Below, piece after piece: positions 27,880-37,703 of a DNA stretch of 64,000 nt. A program made the position numbers and the translations under genes. Source of the stretch: Klebsiella pneumoniae (GTDB lineage: Bacteria; Pseudomonadota; Gammaproteobacteria; Ga0077536); NCBI GenBank assembly GCA_945876945.1, contig CAMCQE010000001.1, forward strand, positions 18,566 through 82,565, written 5' to 3'. How positions within the stretch are numbered: position 1 is the stretch's first letter; each line of letters opens with the position of its first letter. Under the pieces are notes generated by a model that had not been told where the DNA came from, ran no database searches, and saw only the letters and a list, made by a program, of their open reading frames with translations.

Positions 27880-30036
27880 ATGCGAGAACAAGAGCTCCTC
27901 GGCCCGCTTAATGCGGCCCAACGCGCGGCCGTCAGCAGCCACGCCCCTCAAACGCTGGTGCTGGCCGGGGCCGGCAGTGGCAAAACCCGCGTGCTCGTGC
28001 ACCGCATCGCCTGGTGTCTGGAAACGGGGCTCGCCGCGCCTTCCGGCATTCTGGCCGTCACCTTTACGAACAAGGCGGCGGCCGAGATGCGCGGGCGCAT
28101 CGAGATGCTGCTCGACCGGCCCGCCACCGGCATGTGGGTAGGCACCTTCCACAGCATCGCGCATCGGCTGCTCCGTGCCCACTGGCGCGAAGCGCGGCTA
28201 CCGGAGCAGTTCACCATCATGGACAGCGACGACCAGCAGAAGTTGGTCAAGCGCGTGATCCGCGCCATGGGGCTCGACGACGCCCAGTGGCCGCCCAAGG
28301 AAGCCCAGTGGTTCATCAACGGGCGCAAGGACGAAGGCGACCGGCCGGCGCATATCGATACCGCCGGCGATCCCATGCTCTCGACGATGGTCGAGATTTA
28401 CAAAGAATACGAAGCCGCCTGCCAGCAAAGCGGGCTGGTGGATTTTGCCGAGCTGCTGCTGCGCGCCTACGAAACCCTGCGGGATACCCCCGGCCTGCTC
28501 ACCCATTACCACGAGCGCTTTCATCAGGTGCTGGTGGATGAATTCCAGGACACCAACGCCATTCAGTACGCCTGGCTGCGGCTGCTGGCCGGCGACCATG
28601 CCAATGTGTTTGCGGTGGGTGACGACGACCAGTCGATTTACAGCTGGCGTGGCGCGCAGGTGGAGAACATGCAGCGCTTTCGCAAGGATTATCCAAAGCA
28701 CGAGATAGTGCGCCTGGAGCAAAACTATCGCTCCACCGGCGGCATTCTGGACGCCGCCAACGCGCTCATCGCCAATAACACCGCGCGCCTCGGCAAGAAG
28801 CTGTGGACCGACGGCGCGCGCGGCGAACCCATTCGGCTCTACGCGGCATTCAACGATCTGGAAGAAGCCCGCTACTGCGTGGAGCGCCTGCGCGATTGGC
28901 ACGCGCAGGGCGGTCGTTACGATGAATCGGCGATTCTTTACCGCACCTCCGCCCAGTCGCGCGTGCTGGAAGACGCGCTCCGCAAATCAGATATGCCCTA
29001 CCGCGTGCACGGCGGCTTCCGGTTTTACGAGCGCGCGGAAATTCGCGACGCGCTGGCTTACTTGCGGCTTGCGAACCATCGCGGCGACGATGCCGCCTTC
29101 GAGCGGGTGGTGAATCTGCCCACGCGCGGCATCGGCAATAAAACCCTGGAAGACCTCCGCCATACCGCGCGCCTCGAGCGCATCAGCCTGTGGGAAGCCT
29201 CGCAGCGACTGATCGGCAATCGCGAACTGCCGGCCCGCGCCGCTGGCGCGCTGGGCCAGTTCCTCAATCTCATCGAAGACCTCGCGCGCGAGATCGAAGG
29301 TCGCGCGCTCGGCAGCGTGATCGAAAAAACCGTCGCCCACAGCGGGCTTATCGATCACTACCGCAAGGACAAGGACGGCCGCGGGCCGGACCGCATCGAA
29401 AACCTGGAAGAACTCGTCAGCGCCGCCGGCGACTTCACGCCCTCTGAAGAAGACACCGAACTGCCCATCATTTCAGCTTTTCTGAGTCACGCCGCGCTGG
29501 AAGCGGGCGAGGGTCAGGCCAGCAAGTTTGAAGACAGCGTGCAGTTGATGACCCTGCATTCGGCCAAGGGGCTCGAATTCGCCAACGTGATGCTGGTGGG
29601 CATGGAAGAGGGGCTCTTTCCACACCAGCGCTCGCTGGAAGACCCGCGCCAGATGGAAGAAGAGCGGCGCCTTTGCTACGTGGGCATCACCCGCGCGATG
29701 CGGCTGCTCACGCTGTCCTACGCTGAATCGCGCCGGATGCACGGCAGCGACTACATGCCGCGACCTTCGCGCTTCTTGCGCGAGGTCCCGGCCGAGTTGA
29801 TGCAGGAAGTGCGGATGGGCGGCGGCAACAGCGGCGCGCATTCATCGTTCAGGGTGGAAGAAGACAACGGCGGCTACGGGCTCAAGCTCGGTCAGCGCGT
29901 GATGCACCGAACCTTCGGCGAAGGCGTGGTGCTGCATATGGAAGGGCGCGGCGCCCACACCCGGGTGCAGGTCAATTTTGCCGAGAGCGGCGCGAAGTGG
30001 CTGGTCGCGGCCTACGCCGGCCTCACCGCCTGCTAG
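27880..30036 (+). CDS. uvrD: DNA helicase II (UvrD)
   Basis: SF1 helicase motifs (GAGSGKT, TFTNKAA, DEFQDTN, VGDDDQSIY, …TLHSAKGLEF, YVGITRA), ~718 aa. Confidence 0.95.
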   Translation: MREQELLGPLNAAQRAAVSSHAPQTLVLAGAGSGKTRVLVHRIAWCLETGLAAPSGILAVTFTNKAAAEMRGRIEMLLDRPATGMWVGTFHSIAHRLLRAHWREARLPEQFTIMDSDDQQKLVKRVIRAMGLDDAQWPPKEAQWFINGRKDEGDRPAHIDTAGDPMLSTMVEIYKEYEAACQQSGLVDFAELLLRAYETLRDTPGLLTHYHERFHQVLVDEFQDTNAIQYAWLRLLAGDHANVFAVGDDDQSIYSWRGAQVENMQRFRKDYPKHEIVRLEQNYRSTGGILDAANALIANNTARLGKKLWTDGARGEPIRLYAAFNDLEEARYCVERLRDWHAQGGRYDESAILYRTSAQSRVLEDALRKSDMPYRVHGGFRFYERAEIRDALAYLRLANHRGDDAAFERVVNLPTRGIGNKTLEDLRHTARLERISLWEASQRLIGNRELPARAAGALGQFLNLIEDLAREIEGRALGSVIEKTVAHSGLIDHYRKDKDGRGPDRIENLEELVSAAGDFTPSEEDTELPIISAFLSHAALEAGEGQASKFEDSVQLMTLHSAKGLEFANVMLVGMEEGLFPHQRSLEDPRQMEEERRLCYVGITRAMRLLTLSYAESRRMHGSDYMPRPSRFLREVPAELMQEVRMGGGNSGAHSSFRVEEDNGGYGLKLGQRVMHRTFGEGVVLHMEGRGAHTRVQVNFAESGAKWLVAAYAGLTAC

Positions 30037-30044
30037 ACCCGCCC

Positions 30045-30075
30045 ATAAAAAAGGGGACCTTGAGGTCCCCTTCGT
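30045..30075. terminator. Bidirectional intrinsic terminator shared by uvrD (+) and cytochrome c (-)
   Basis: aggggacc-ttga-ggtcccct hairpin. A-run upstream gives a T-run on the minus strand; weak T-tract on the plus strand. Confidence 0.65.
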
Positions 30076-30094
30076 TCGCCCGAGTGGCAGGTCT

Positions 30095-30949
30095 CTACTT
30101 TGACTGCGAGACCATGTAGTCCACGGCGGCTTTAACGTCGTCGTCTGCCAGATCCGGGCGACCACCCTTCGGCGGCATCATGCCAGCCTTGCCGTTGTAA
30201 CCGTTGATCGCGTGGTTGTGCAGGGTGTCTGCACCTTGGGCAATACGCGGTGCCCAGGCTTCCTTGTCGCCGAATTTGGGCGCCCCGGCAACCCCAACGG
30301 CGTGGCAGGCAAAACAGGCTTGATCGTAGATTTCCTTGCCCTTGGTGCCCGCATCGGCCACCGGCGGCGCGGCGGCAGCGGCGGCAGGCGCGGCGGGGGC
30401 AGCAGCAACAGCCGGCTTGGTGCCACCCTGCGCGGCCTTCACCATGAAATCGACGGCGGCCTTCACATCTTCGTCGGAGAGATCGGCAGCGCCGCCCTTG
30501 GCGGGCATGACACCGTTCTTGCCCTGATAGCCGACGATCGCATGTTGATGCAGGGTGTCGACGCCCTGAGCGATGCGTGCGCCCCAGACTTCAGCGTCGC
30601 CAAATTTCGGCGCACCGGCGATGCCCTGCGCGTGGCAGGCAAAGCAGACTTTATTGTAGGCGGCTTCACCGGGACCGGAGGCGACCGGCGCGGCGGCAGA
30701 TGAAGCGGCGGGGGCCGGGGCGGTAGACGCCACGGTGATCGGGGCGCCCGAAGTATTCAATTGACCGACCGGGGCAACGCGGGACGGGACGCTGGCGACG
30801 GGGTCGTCCTGTGTGGCGCGAAAGCCTTCGTTTACGTGGCTCGCCAGCAGGTATACGACAATGCCGACCACCGCCAAAAACGCGAGGACCATGGCGAAGT
30901 TGCGGACGAATACGGCGTCCTCTGCGGCGTTACTTTGATGATTGTCCAT
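30095..30949 (-). CDS. Membrane-anchored diheme cytochrome c (tandem c5-type domains)
   Basis: N-terminal TM anchor, two CFACH heme-binding motifs each followed by a Met-containing GxMP region, Ala/Pro linkers. Confidence 0.8.
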   Translation of the reverse strand: MDNHQSNAAEDAVFVRNFAMVLAFLAVVGIVVYLLASHVNEGFRATQDDPVASVPSRVAPVGQLNTSGAPITVASTAPAPAASSAAAPVASGPGEAAYNKVCFACHAQGIAGAPKFGDAEVWGARIAQGVDTLHQHAIVGYQGKNGVMPAKGGAADLSDEDVKAAVDFMVKAAQGGTKPAVAAAPAAPAAAAAAPPVADAGTKGKEIYDQACFACHAVGVAGAPKFGDKEAWAPRIAQGADTLHNHAINGYNGKAGMMPPKGGRPDLADDDVKAAVDYMVSQSK

Positions 30950-31208
30950 GCTGAATTCTCACGTCGCCGATTGCGGCGAAAAAGCATTGTTGTAAGGAAG
31001 CACCGTGCCCTGCGGGGCCGGTCGCATTATAGCCATTTTGCAGCACCGCACTAGGCGAAGAAGTCGCAGCCAGCGGCACCTCTTGCCCAGTACCGCGGCA
31101 ATCGTTTCCAATGCCTAGCACCCCGCGCGCTGCCCGGGCTCCATGCAACCGTTACGGATTCCCATCGCGAGGCTCCCCTTGTCGCAAGCCACCGGCGCTA
31201 CCGCGCGC

Positions 31209-31988
31209 ATGATTCAGGACGAGCCCTACTACGAGGCTCTGGGCAACGAACGTGAAGTGTTCGCCGCAGCCTATCGCAATCAGCTGCCGCTGCTGCTCAA
31301 GGGTCCGACCGGCTGCGGCAAAACGCGCTTCGTCCACCACATGGCCTGGAAACTTCAGCGCCCGCTGATCACCGTGGCCTGCCACGACGACCTCACCGCC
31401 GCCGATTTGGTGGGTCGCTATCTGGTGAAAGGCGGCGAGACGCAGTGGGTAGACGGCCCACTCGCTCAGGCCGTGCGCATGGGCGCGATCTGTTATCTCG
31501 ATGAAGTGGTGGAAGCGCGCAAAGACACCACCGTGGTGATTCATCCCCTGTGCGACGACCGTCGCATCCTGCCCATCGACAAACTCGGTGAGGTGCTGGT
31601 GGTGCCGCCCGAGTTTTCGCTGGTGATCTCCTACAACCCCGGCTACCAGAGCGTGCTCAAGGATTTGAAGCAAAGCACGCGGCAGCGCTTTGTGGCGCTG
31701 GAGTTCGCCTATCCCGAGGCGGCGCTCGAACAGCGCATCGTTGAAAGCGAAAGCGGCGTGGCCCCGGCAATGGCCGCGCGGCTGGTGAAGTTTGGCGCCC
31801 ACACCCGCAATCTGAAGGGCGCGGGGCTGGAAGAGGGCGCAAGCACGCGGCTGCTGGTCAACGCCGGCAAACTGGTGCAGGCGGGCGTGGCGCCGGCGGT
31901 GGCCTGTGATACGGCCGTGGCCCATGCGCTGACCGACGATCCGGAGCTGCTGCAAACCATTCACGAACTCGCCAGCGCGGTGTTCTGA
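31209..31988 (+). CDS. cbbQ: CbbQ/NorQ/NirQ-family MoxR AAA+ ATPase (Rubisco-activase subunit type)
   Basis: [10 protein letters not shown]…[15 protein letters not shown]…[13 protein letters not shown] colinear with CbbQ/NorQ. Start at MIQDEPYY. Confidence 0.85.
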   Translation: MIQDEPYYEALGNEREVFAAAYRNQLPLLLKGPTGCGKTRFVHHMAWKLQRPLITVACHDDLTAADLVGRYLVKGGETQWVDGPLAQAVRMGAICYLDEVVEARKDTTVVIHPLCDDRRILPIDKLGEVLVVPPEFSLVISYNPGYQSVLKDLKQSTRQRFVALEFAYPEAALEQRIVESESGVAPAMAARLVKFGAHTRNLKGAGLEEGASTRLLVNAGKLVQAGVAPAVACDTAVAHALTDDPELLQTIHELASAVF

Positions 31989-32014
31989 GCCAGGCCCACG
32001 CCGGCTCTTCCCTC

Positions 32015-34165
32015 ATGGCGGACGCACCGCGCCAGAATTTCTTCAACCTCATCCGGGTACAGAAGGATCTGGAGAAAATCGCCGGCGCGGCGCTCATCCG
32101 CATGCCCCGCATGCAGGAAGTGGTGGGCGAGATCGCCGAGCTTGAGCGCGAAGCGCAGGATTTCATCCTGCATTGGGCAGAAGTGATCGCGCTGTCGAAC
32201 ACCGAACTCACCGCGCATTTTCTGGGACAGGTGCCAGCGGCGTTTCGCGCGCTCGATCAGGCGGCGGTGGAAGACTGGATCATCAAGGCCATGGACGTCT
32301 TCGACAATCGCGGGCTGGGGTTTGCGATCGAAGTCTTCGACAAACTCGACCCCTGGATCGAAGCCCACGAGCGCAATCGCACCGCCTGCAAGCTCGAACA
32401 AATCGCCGGCTTCTTGCGCCATTTCGTCCGCGCCCTCGGCGGCCGCACGCTGAACATCACCAACGACCAACAGGCCTGGACGGATACCGAAAAAATCTTC
32501 CTGCCCACCGCGCTCAATGTGCTGGCCGATCGCGCCGCCAACGCACGCCTGATGAAAAGCACGGCGGTGTATTTGTGGGCGCAAAACCGCTACGGCACCT
32601 GGCGCTATCGGGCGCTGGAAGAAGCCATTCGCCAGCTGGATGCGGCAGTGACTTGGCCGGTGTATCAGTGCCTCGAAGGCGTGCGGCTGATGGCCGCGAT
32701 TGCGCGGGAGCTGCCCGGGCTCGCGCGCGAAATGGAAGCCGTGGCCTATGTGGATGACGCGCACGCCGCCAGCTGGGCCGCGTTCACCGCCGCCGCCGCC
32801 GCGCTCGCCGCGCCCGAGGCCAGCGCGCGCGACAGCCTCGCGCTGGTCGCCGATTTCAGTCAGGTGCCTTTGCCCGCTGCGCGCCGCTGGCAGGGCGAGA
32901 TGTTTCCGCAGAAAGTGCGCGAGGCCCTGTTCAAGCGCGTGCCGCGCGAGAAGGAAGCCCTGCAGCAGGCGCTGTCCGCGCTCCAGCCGGAACACGAGCA
33001 ACAGCCCACCGAGGACGGCAGCGAAGCGGCCGAAGGCACCCAGGCGGCGAACCGTTTTTCGATCGCGCAAAACGGGCAAGCCGGTGCGACCCAGCCCGAA
33101 TACGAACTCCGTTACGACGGGCAGGCGGTGCCGATGTCCGCCGAACTGCAGGACCTGCTCGATTCCATCATGCAGGACATGGGCGAGATGGCGGAGGACT
33201 ACCTTACGCCCGCCGGCGGCAGCGGTGCTTATCCGCTCGACGAATCGGGCGCGGGCGGCGAAGGCCATCTGAAAGATCTGCCGAGCCCGGCCGGCAAGCT
33301 CTGGCTATATCCGGAATGGGATTACGCCCGCGCCAGATTTCGCGACGCCTTCTGCGCGCTGACCGAGCAGGACGTGCCCGAAGGCGATCCGGGTTTTGCC
33401 GAGAAAACGCGCGTGAAATATCGCGGGCTCGCCAAATCCATCCAGCGCATTTTCGAAGCCATTCTCTCCGAAGCGCAGCGCCAGCGGCGGCAGGTGCACG
33501 GCGACGAACTCGATCTCGACGCGCTGGTAGAAGCCCACGTCGATCGCCTGCAGGGGCGGGAAATGTCCGACCGTCTGTACACCCACTTCCGCAAGGCCGG
33601 GCGCAATGTGGCGGTGATGTTCATGGTCGACATGAGCGGTTCCACCAAGGGCTGGATTAACGAGGCCGAGCGCGAATCGCTCATCCTGCTGTGCGAAGCC
33701 CTGCAGGTGCTCGGCGACAGCTACGCGATTTACGGCTTCTCCGGCCGCACCAACAAGCGCTGCGAGATTTATCGCGTGAAGACTTTCAACGAGCCCTACA
33801 GCGCCGGCGTCGAACGACGCATCTGCGGCATCGGCCCCAAGGCCTACACCCGCATGGGTGTCGCAGTACGCCATCTCGGCAAATTATTGAGCGATGTGCC
33901 GGCGCGCACCCGGCTCCTGATTACGCTGTCTGACGGCAAGCCCGAAGACTACGGCAGCTATCGGGGCCGCTACGGCATCGAAGACACGCGCCACGCGCTG
34001 CTCGAAATCAAGCGCAGCGGCATTCACCCGTTCTGCATCACCATCGACCGCGAAGCGCAGAGCTACCTGCCGCACATGTACGGCGCGTCGAATTTCACGG
34101 TGGTCGATGAGGTGGCCAAACTGCCCTGGAAGGTGGCGGATATCTATCGCAAGTTGACGACCTGA
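32015..34165 (+). CDS. cbbO: CbbO/NorD-family von Willebrand factor A protein
   Basis: C-terminal VWA domain with MIDAS (DMSGST). 716 aa fits CbbO better than NorD (~610 aa). Immediately downstream of cbbQ. Confidence 0.75.
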   Translation: MADAPRQNFFNLIRVQKDLEKIAGAALIRMPRMQEVVGEIAELEREAQDFILHWAEVIALSNTELTAHFLGQVPAAFRALDQAAVEDWIIKAMDVFDNRGLGFAIEVFDKLDPWIEAHERNRTACKLEQIAGFLRHFVRALGGRTLNITNDQQAWTDTEKIFLPTALNVLADRAANARLMKSTAVYLWAQNRYGTWRYRALEEAIRQLDAAVTWPVYQCLEGVRLMAAIARELPGLAREMEAVAYVDDAHAASWAAFTAAAAALAAPEASARDSLALVADFSQVPLPAARRWQGEMFPQKVREALFKRVPREKEALQQALSALQPEHEQQPTEDGSEAAEGTQAANRFSIAQNGQAGATQPEYELRYDGQAVPMSAELQDLLDSIMQDMGEMAEDYLTPAGGSGAYPLDESGAGGEGHLKDLPSPAGKLWLYPEWDYARARFRDAFCALTEQDVPEGDPGFAEKTRVKYRGLAKSIQRIFEAILSEAQRQRRQVHGDELDLDALVEAHVDRLQGREMSDRLYTHFRKAGRNVAVMFMVDMSGSTKGWINEAERESLILLCEALQVLGDSYAIYGFSGRTNKRCEIYRVKTFNEPYSAGVERRICGIGPKAYTRMGVAVRHLGKLLSDVPARTRLLITLSDGKPEDYGSYRGRYGIEDTRHALLEIKRSGIHPFCITIDREAQSYLPHMYGASNFTVVDEVAKLPWKVADIYRKLTT

Positions 34166-34244
34166 GCTCACCGCCCTGTTGCTGCCAAGCGAGCGGCTTT
34201 GTAGATTGAAGCCCGCCAACTCACCCCTGATTCGGAGCCCACGC

Positions 34245-34451
34245 ATGGAACTCGGCAACTACCTGCTCTCGATCCTGATCTCGCTGCTGACCGGCGTAGT
34301 CGGCTTTGTCATCGCTTACAAGCTGTTCGATTGGCTCACGCCAACGTTGAGCTTTGAAGAGCATCTGCGGAACGACAATCGGGCTGTCGCGATTTTTCTG
34401 GCCGGGCTGTTTATCGGGCTTGGGCTGTTGCTGGGAAGCGCGGTGAAATGA
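34245..34451 (+). CDS. Small two-TM membrane protein (DUF350-like)
   Basis: 68 aa, two hydrophobic helices. ATGA overlap with the downstream NlpC/P60 gene. Confidence 0.45.
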   Translation: MELGNYLLSILISLLTGVVGFVIAYKLFDWLTPTLSFEEHLRNDNRAVAIFLAGLFIGLGLLLGSAVK

Positions 34452-34939
34452 AGCGCCTCGCCATTGCGCTGTGGTGTCTGGCGCTGGCGCACAGTGCGAC
34501 GGGCGCGGACGAGGTGCTGCCGGCGAGCGGGTCGGCGGCCTTACCCCTGGAGCAGGCCATCGCCAAGAATCTGGGTCGCCCGTACGTGATGGGGTCGACC
34601 GGCAACAAGTCCTACGACTGCTCCGGTTTTGTCTGGCGCGTGATGACCGACGCCGGGGTTTTCATCAAACGGTCAACGGCGCGCAAATATTATTTCGCCA
34701 TGCCAAAAATTGAGGATGGCTCGGCGAACCAGTATGCGTTCGGCCAGCTAGTCTTTTTCGATGACCTCAAACACGTGGGCATCGTTGACAGCCACCACGG
34801 GTTTTTTCACGCCGAAACCGGCCACGGCACGCGCCGGAGCAAGTTTGATCCTTACTGGCGCGGCAAGGTGGTGGGCTTCCGCGCGATCCCGCAGGTGGCT
34901 GATTCAGCCACGCCAGCGAGCGGCTCTCAGCAACCTTGA
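34448..34939 (+). CDS. Secreted NlpC/P60 (C40) family peptidase
   Basis: Signal peptide. Catalytic Cys in YDCSGFV and His in HVGIVD context. Confidence 0.75.
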   Translation: MKRLAIALWCLALAHSATGADEVLPASGSAALPLEQAIAKNLGRPYVMGSTGNKSYDCSGFVWRVMTDAGVFIKRSTARKYYFAMPKIEDGSANQYAFGQLVFFDDLKHVGIVDSHHGFFHAETGHGTRRSKFDPYWRGKVVGFRAIPQVADSATPASGSQQP

Positions 34940-34986
34940 AGGTGCACGTCGCGGTATGCCGGCCGGGTCTTTTTGGCTACGATACC

Positions 34987-35063
34987 GTCCCGCTTCGCGC
35001 TCGTAGCTCAGCTGGATAGAGTACTGCCCTCCGAAGGCAGGGGTCGTGGGTTCGAATCCCGCC
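34987..35063 (+). tRNA. tRNA-Arg (anticodon CCG)
   Basis: Cloverleaf: acceptor GCGCUCG/CGAGCGC, D-arm AGCUGGAUAGAGU, anticodon stem CUGCC/GGCAG with loop CUCCGAA, T-arm GUGGG-UUCGAAU-CCCGC, discriminator G, encoded CCA. Confidence 0.85.
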
Positions 35064-35542
35064 GAGCGCGCCAACAATTTTTTTGAAATCGATATTCGAT
35101 AAATGCCCAGCAGGGCCGCCGACCGCTCGTACGAAACTGGTACGAAAACCTTGCCTCAGGATTCTCCCCCATTAGATCGGATTTGCCGGGTCGGTTCGCA
35201 GGCTTAGATCGAAAAGCATCCAGCCACCGGGAAGAGCCGCGAGACGTGTCCCTCATCGTGCGGTTTCGGCTTGCTGAAAACTGGCAGGTGTCTCGGCCGC
35301 CAGGCTACACAGGCGTCACCAGGGTAGTTTGGTCACAAGCATCACGATATTGGGACACCCTCCCCGTCCCGCCCCAAAAAATTTCTCTGGAAATCTGGTG
35401 TTCAGAATCTGAACTCGCCAAGTCGGCGTGTCAGACTGGCCACGGCCGGTCGAATAGCGAAGCCGTTTTCCGTCTGCGATTTCGCTTGCCGCTAATTCCT
35501 TTGCGCTCCAGGGTTGCCGCTCAGGCAAAAGGGATTTCAAAC

Positions 35543-35719
35543 ATGAAAAAAACGACGAAATCAGTAGCGGCTACGGCGCTGACTGTGATGGGAATGGGTG
35601 GGACATTGCTGGCACCGATTAATGCAGAAGCCGCGGTAGTTCAGTGGGATATTTCCAGTGGTGGTAACGCCAACGCTTACAAACCCGTGCAAGCAAGGCT
35701 AAAGGAGCCGCGGATATGA
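35543..35719 (+). CDS. Small secreted peptide (58 aa) with signal peptide
   Basis: MKKTTKSVAATALTVMGMGGTLLAPINAEA signal-like N-terminus. ATGA overlap with the next ORF. No family recognised. Confidence 0.35.
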   Translation: MKKTTKSVAATALTVMGMGGTLLAPINAEAAVVQWDISSGGNANAYKPVQARLKEPRI

Positions 35720-36345
35720 CCCTGACGCATTGGCAGAGACTTGCGGCATGCCTTTTTGCTTTCGCGATGCAGGCAGAAGCGTTTGCCTGGGATGAGGCGG
35801 TTGATGGTGACCTGTCCAGTCTCAACACGGCGCCCACGCCCATTGCCTTCACCACCGGCGTTAACGTGGTTAAAGGCACCATGGGCGGGGACGCGGGCGA
35901 CGGCATTCCCGTGGACCGTGACTTCTTCACCTTCACGCTTGCTCCCAATCAGACGGTCACGTCGATCAATGTGCGCGTGTTCGGACCCGGTGGCGCATCC
36001 TTCTACGCCATTGGCCCCGGTACGTCGATTAACCTCTCGAGCGCGGCAACCCACTTGTCGAACACCCTGATCTCGGGACCGGGTGAAATCCTGCCGACGC
36101 TGGCCGCTGGCCCCTACTTCGACGGCACCGGCTTGAGCAACCCGATTGGCCCAGGCACCTACACCGTGTGGCTCCAGGAACTCTCGAGTGTCGTCACCTA
36201 CGACTTTACGTACACCGTCGTCACGAGTACCAACGCTGTGGCGACGCGCAAGGTGCCGGCAATGCCCCTTGCGGCGTTGCTGGCCCTGGCCCTGGCGCTG
36301 GCCTGGGTCGGCGATACCGCCGGTCGCAGGAACGACCGGCGCTAG
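35716..36345 (+). CDS. Secreted beta-rich protein with C-terminal sorting-signal-like tail (VPLPA/PEP-CTERM-like)
   Basis: Signal peptide (AMQAEA). Gly/Thr-rich body. C-terminus KVPAMPLAALLALALALAWVGDTAGRRNDRR = motif + hydrophobic helix + Arg cluster. Confidence 0.55.
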   Translation: MTLTHWQRLAACLFAFAMQAEAFAWDEAVDGDLSSLNTAPTPIAFTTGVNVVKGTMGGDAGDGIPVDRDFFTFTLAPNQTVTSINVRVFGPGGASFYAIGPGTSINLSSAATHLSNTLISGPGEILPTLAAGPYFDGTGLSNPIGPGTYTVWLQELSSVVTYDFTYTVVTSTNAVATRKVPAMPLAALLALALALAWVGDTAGRRNDRR

Positions 36346-36991
36346 GCGCCACGGGTTTCCCGCCACGCCCGGGAAATCAGCTGCGCAACTGGACTGCAAC
36401 GAGACAGGCACCACGCGCGGGCGCTTGCGGCGAGACGCCGGGAGAGCGTAGACGCCGGCAACGGCCCCGCACCCGTTTACTGAACGCTCGCCGTTCAGAT
36501 GCACGAAAGACAGTTCGCGTTTTGACCTGCCCTCGTGTTGCGCAGGACGAAGACGCGCGCTCAAAAGGGCGATTGGTCTGGTGACCCGTTTTCTCCGAAT
36601 CTAAAACGAATAACCCACACCAATTAAGAAATGACAGACGTCCAGCTCGCTGAGGTTCAGGTTGTTTGTCGTGCGGATGGTAGTCATTCTGCTGCCCGCC
36701 AAATGCCCGATTTTATTTTGCGCTCTTGTCCAGCTGTAATTGGGTTCGCGATAGCTCATTAGGGTTGACGTCGCCCATCGTCAGATCAGGGCGCTCGTGA
36801 GTGCAGAAACACATCCGTTGCTTCGCGAAATTCTGAACTTCACCAAGGCCGCCCAAGCGGCATTGGACAAGGCAGCCGGAGCGCCCGAATCGCGCGCTTG
36901 ACGCCCCAAAATCTTTCCGCTGGCGCCGCAGCCTGCTCAAGGCTTACCATTTCTAAGAATCACACCGCCCAACCAACACAGGATCGCGCCC

Positions 36992-37642
36992 ATGAAGACT
37001 CGCATGCTCATGCTTACCACCTGCGGCGTTTGTTTGCTCGGCCTAAGCGCCCTCGCTCAAGCCGATGACGTCCTGCCGCCGACATCGCCGGCCGTTGAGG
37101 AAACCGCACCCGTGCCGCCGACCGCCGAACTGCCGGCCGACGAGACACCATCCCCGGTCGTCATCACCGACCCGGTGGCCGTTGAGCCAACGACCGCCGA
37201 ACTGCCGGCCGAGGTGGTAGAAGTACCGCTGGCCGACGAGACGCCATCCCCGGTCGTCATCACCGACCCGGTGGCCGTTGAGCCAAGGACCGCCGAACTG
37301 CCGGCCGAGGTGGTAGAAGTCACGATGACGCGGCCAGACATGCCGCAGCCGAACGAACGCACCCTCGACAAGGTCGACACCGACAATGACTTCATCGCCT
37401 ACAGCGCCGCGCCGGGCGTGGTTGGCAATGTGCCGGAAATCCCGACCAGCCTCGTGCCGGACGCGAGCATCGAAGCGGCCAGCGCCTCCCTTGATGCCGC
37501 AGTGGCAGATCAGGCGGCGGCGGCGAGCGAGATGCCCGATACCTTCGCGGTCCCCGCGACCGTGGAAGCCAAGGTCGACACCAACGACGCTACGCCGACC
37601 GGCGGTCCGATGATCCGCGACGGTCACCTCATCGCGCGCTAA
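36992..37642 (+). CDS. Secreted acidic Pro/Glu/Val-rich protein with internal 32-aa tandem repeat
   Basis: Signal peptide (…LSALAQA). Repeat ADETPSPVVITDPVAVEP(T/R)TAELPAEVVEV x2. No recognised domain. Confidence 0.55.
   Translation: MKTRMLMLTTCGVCLLGLSALAQADDVLPPTSPAVEETAPVPPTAELPADETPSPVVITDPVAVEPTTAELPAEVVEVPLADETPSPVVITDPVAVEPRTAELPAEVVEVTMTRPDMPQPNERTLDKVDTDNDFIAYSAAPGVVGNVPEIPTSLVPDASIEAASASLDAAVADQAAAASEMPDTFAVPATVEAKVDTNDATPTGGPMIRDGHLIAR
37136..37327 (+). repeat. 96-bp direct tandem repeat (2 copies, near-identical) inside CDS 36992..37642
   Basis: gccgacgagac(a/g)ccatccccggtcgtcatcaccgacccggtggccgttgagcca… repeated with 3-4 substitutions. Confidence 0.75.
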
Positions 37643-37667
37643 CGCACGCCCTGTCATTCGTTATTAC

Positions 37668-37689
37668 GCGCAGCAGCACCCTGCTGCGC
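37668..37689 (+). terminator. Stable hairpin between the repeat-protein gene and tpsB (possible terminator/attenuator)
   Basis: gcgcagcag-cacc-ctgctgcgc, perfect 9-bp stem, 16 nt upstream of the TTG start. No strong U-tract. Confidence 0.35.
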
Positions 37690-37703
37690 GGCCTTAATCT
37701 GTC

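Noticed and set aside
31143-32015. Calling the AAA+/VWA pair strictly norQ/norD (denitrification)
   Set aside because: Sequence fits both CbbQ and NorQ. Partner length (716 aa) and presence of prk favour CbbQ/CbbO. No norCB is adjacent. Kept as a dual possibility.
35064-35542. Integrase/att site of a genomic island 3' of tRNA-Arg
   Set aside because: No integrase/recombinase ORF and no visible direct repeat of the tRNA 3' end by eye. Only compositional shift and cargo genes remain, so it is reported as an islet candidate, not a mobile element.
36478-36498. Hairpin ctgaacg-ctcgc-cgttcag after the 209-aa gene as intrinsic terminator
   Set aside because: No following U-tract. Could be any structured element. 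Left unannotated.
36713-36940. 75-aa minus-strand ORF in the 650-bp intergenic region
   Set aside because: No RBS or recognisable fold. Lies in a probable promoter/leader region of the repeat-protein gene.
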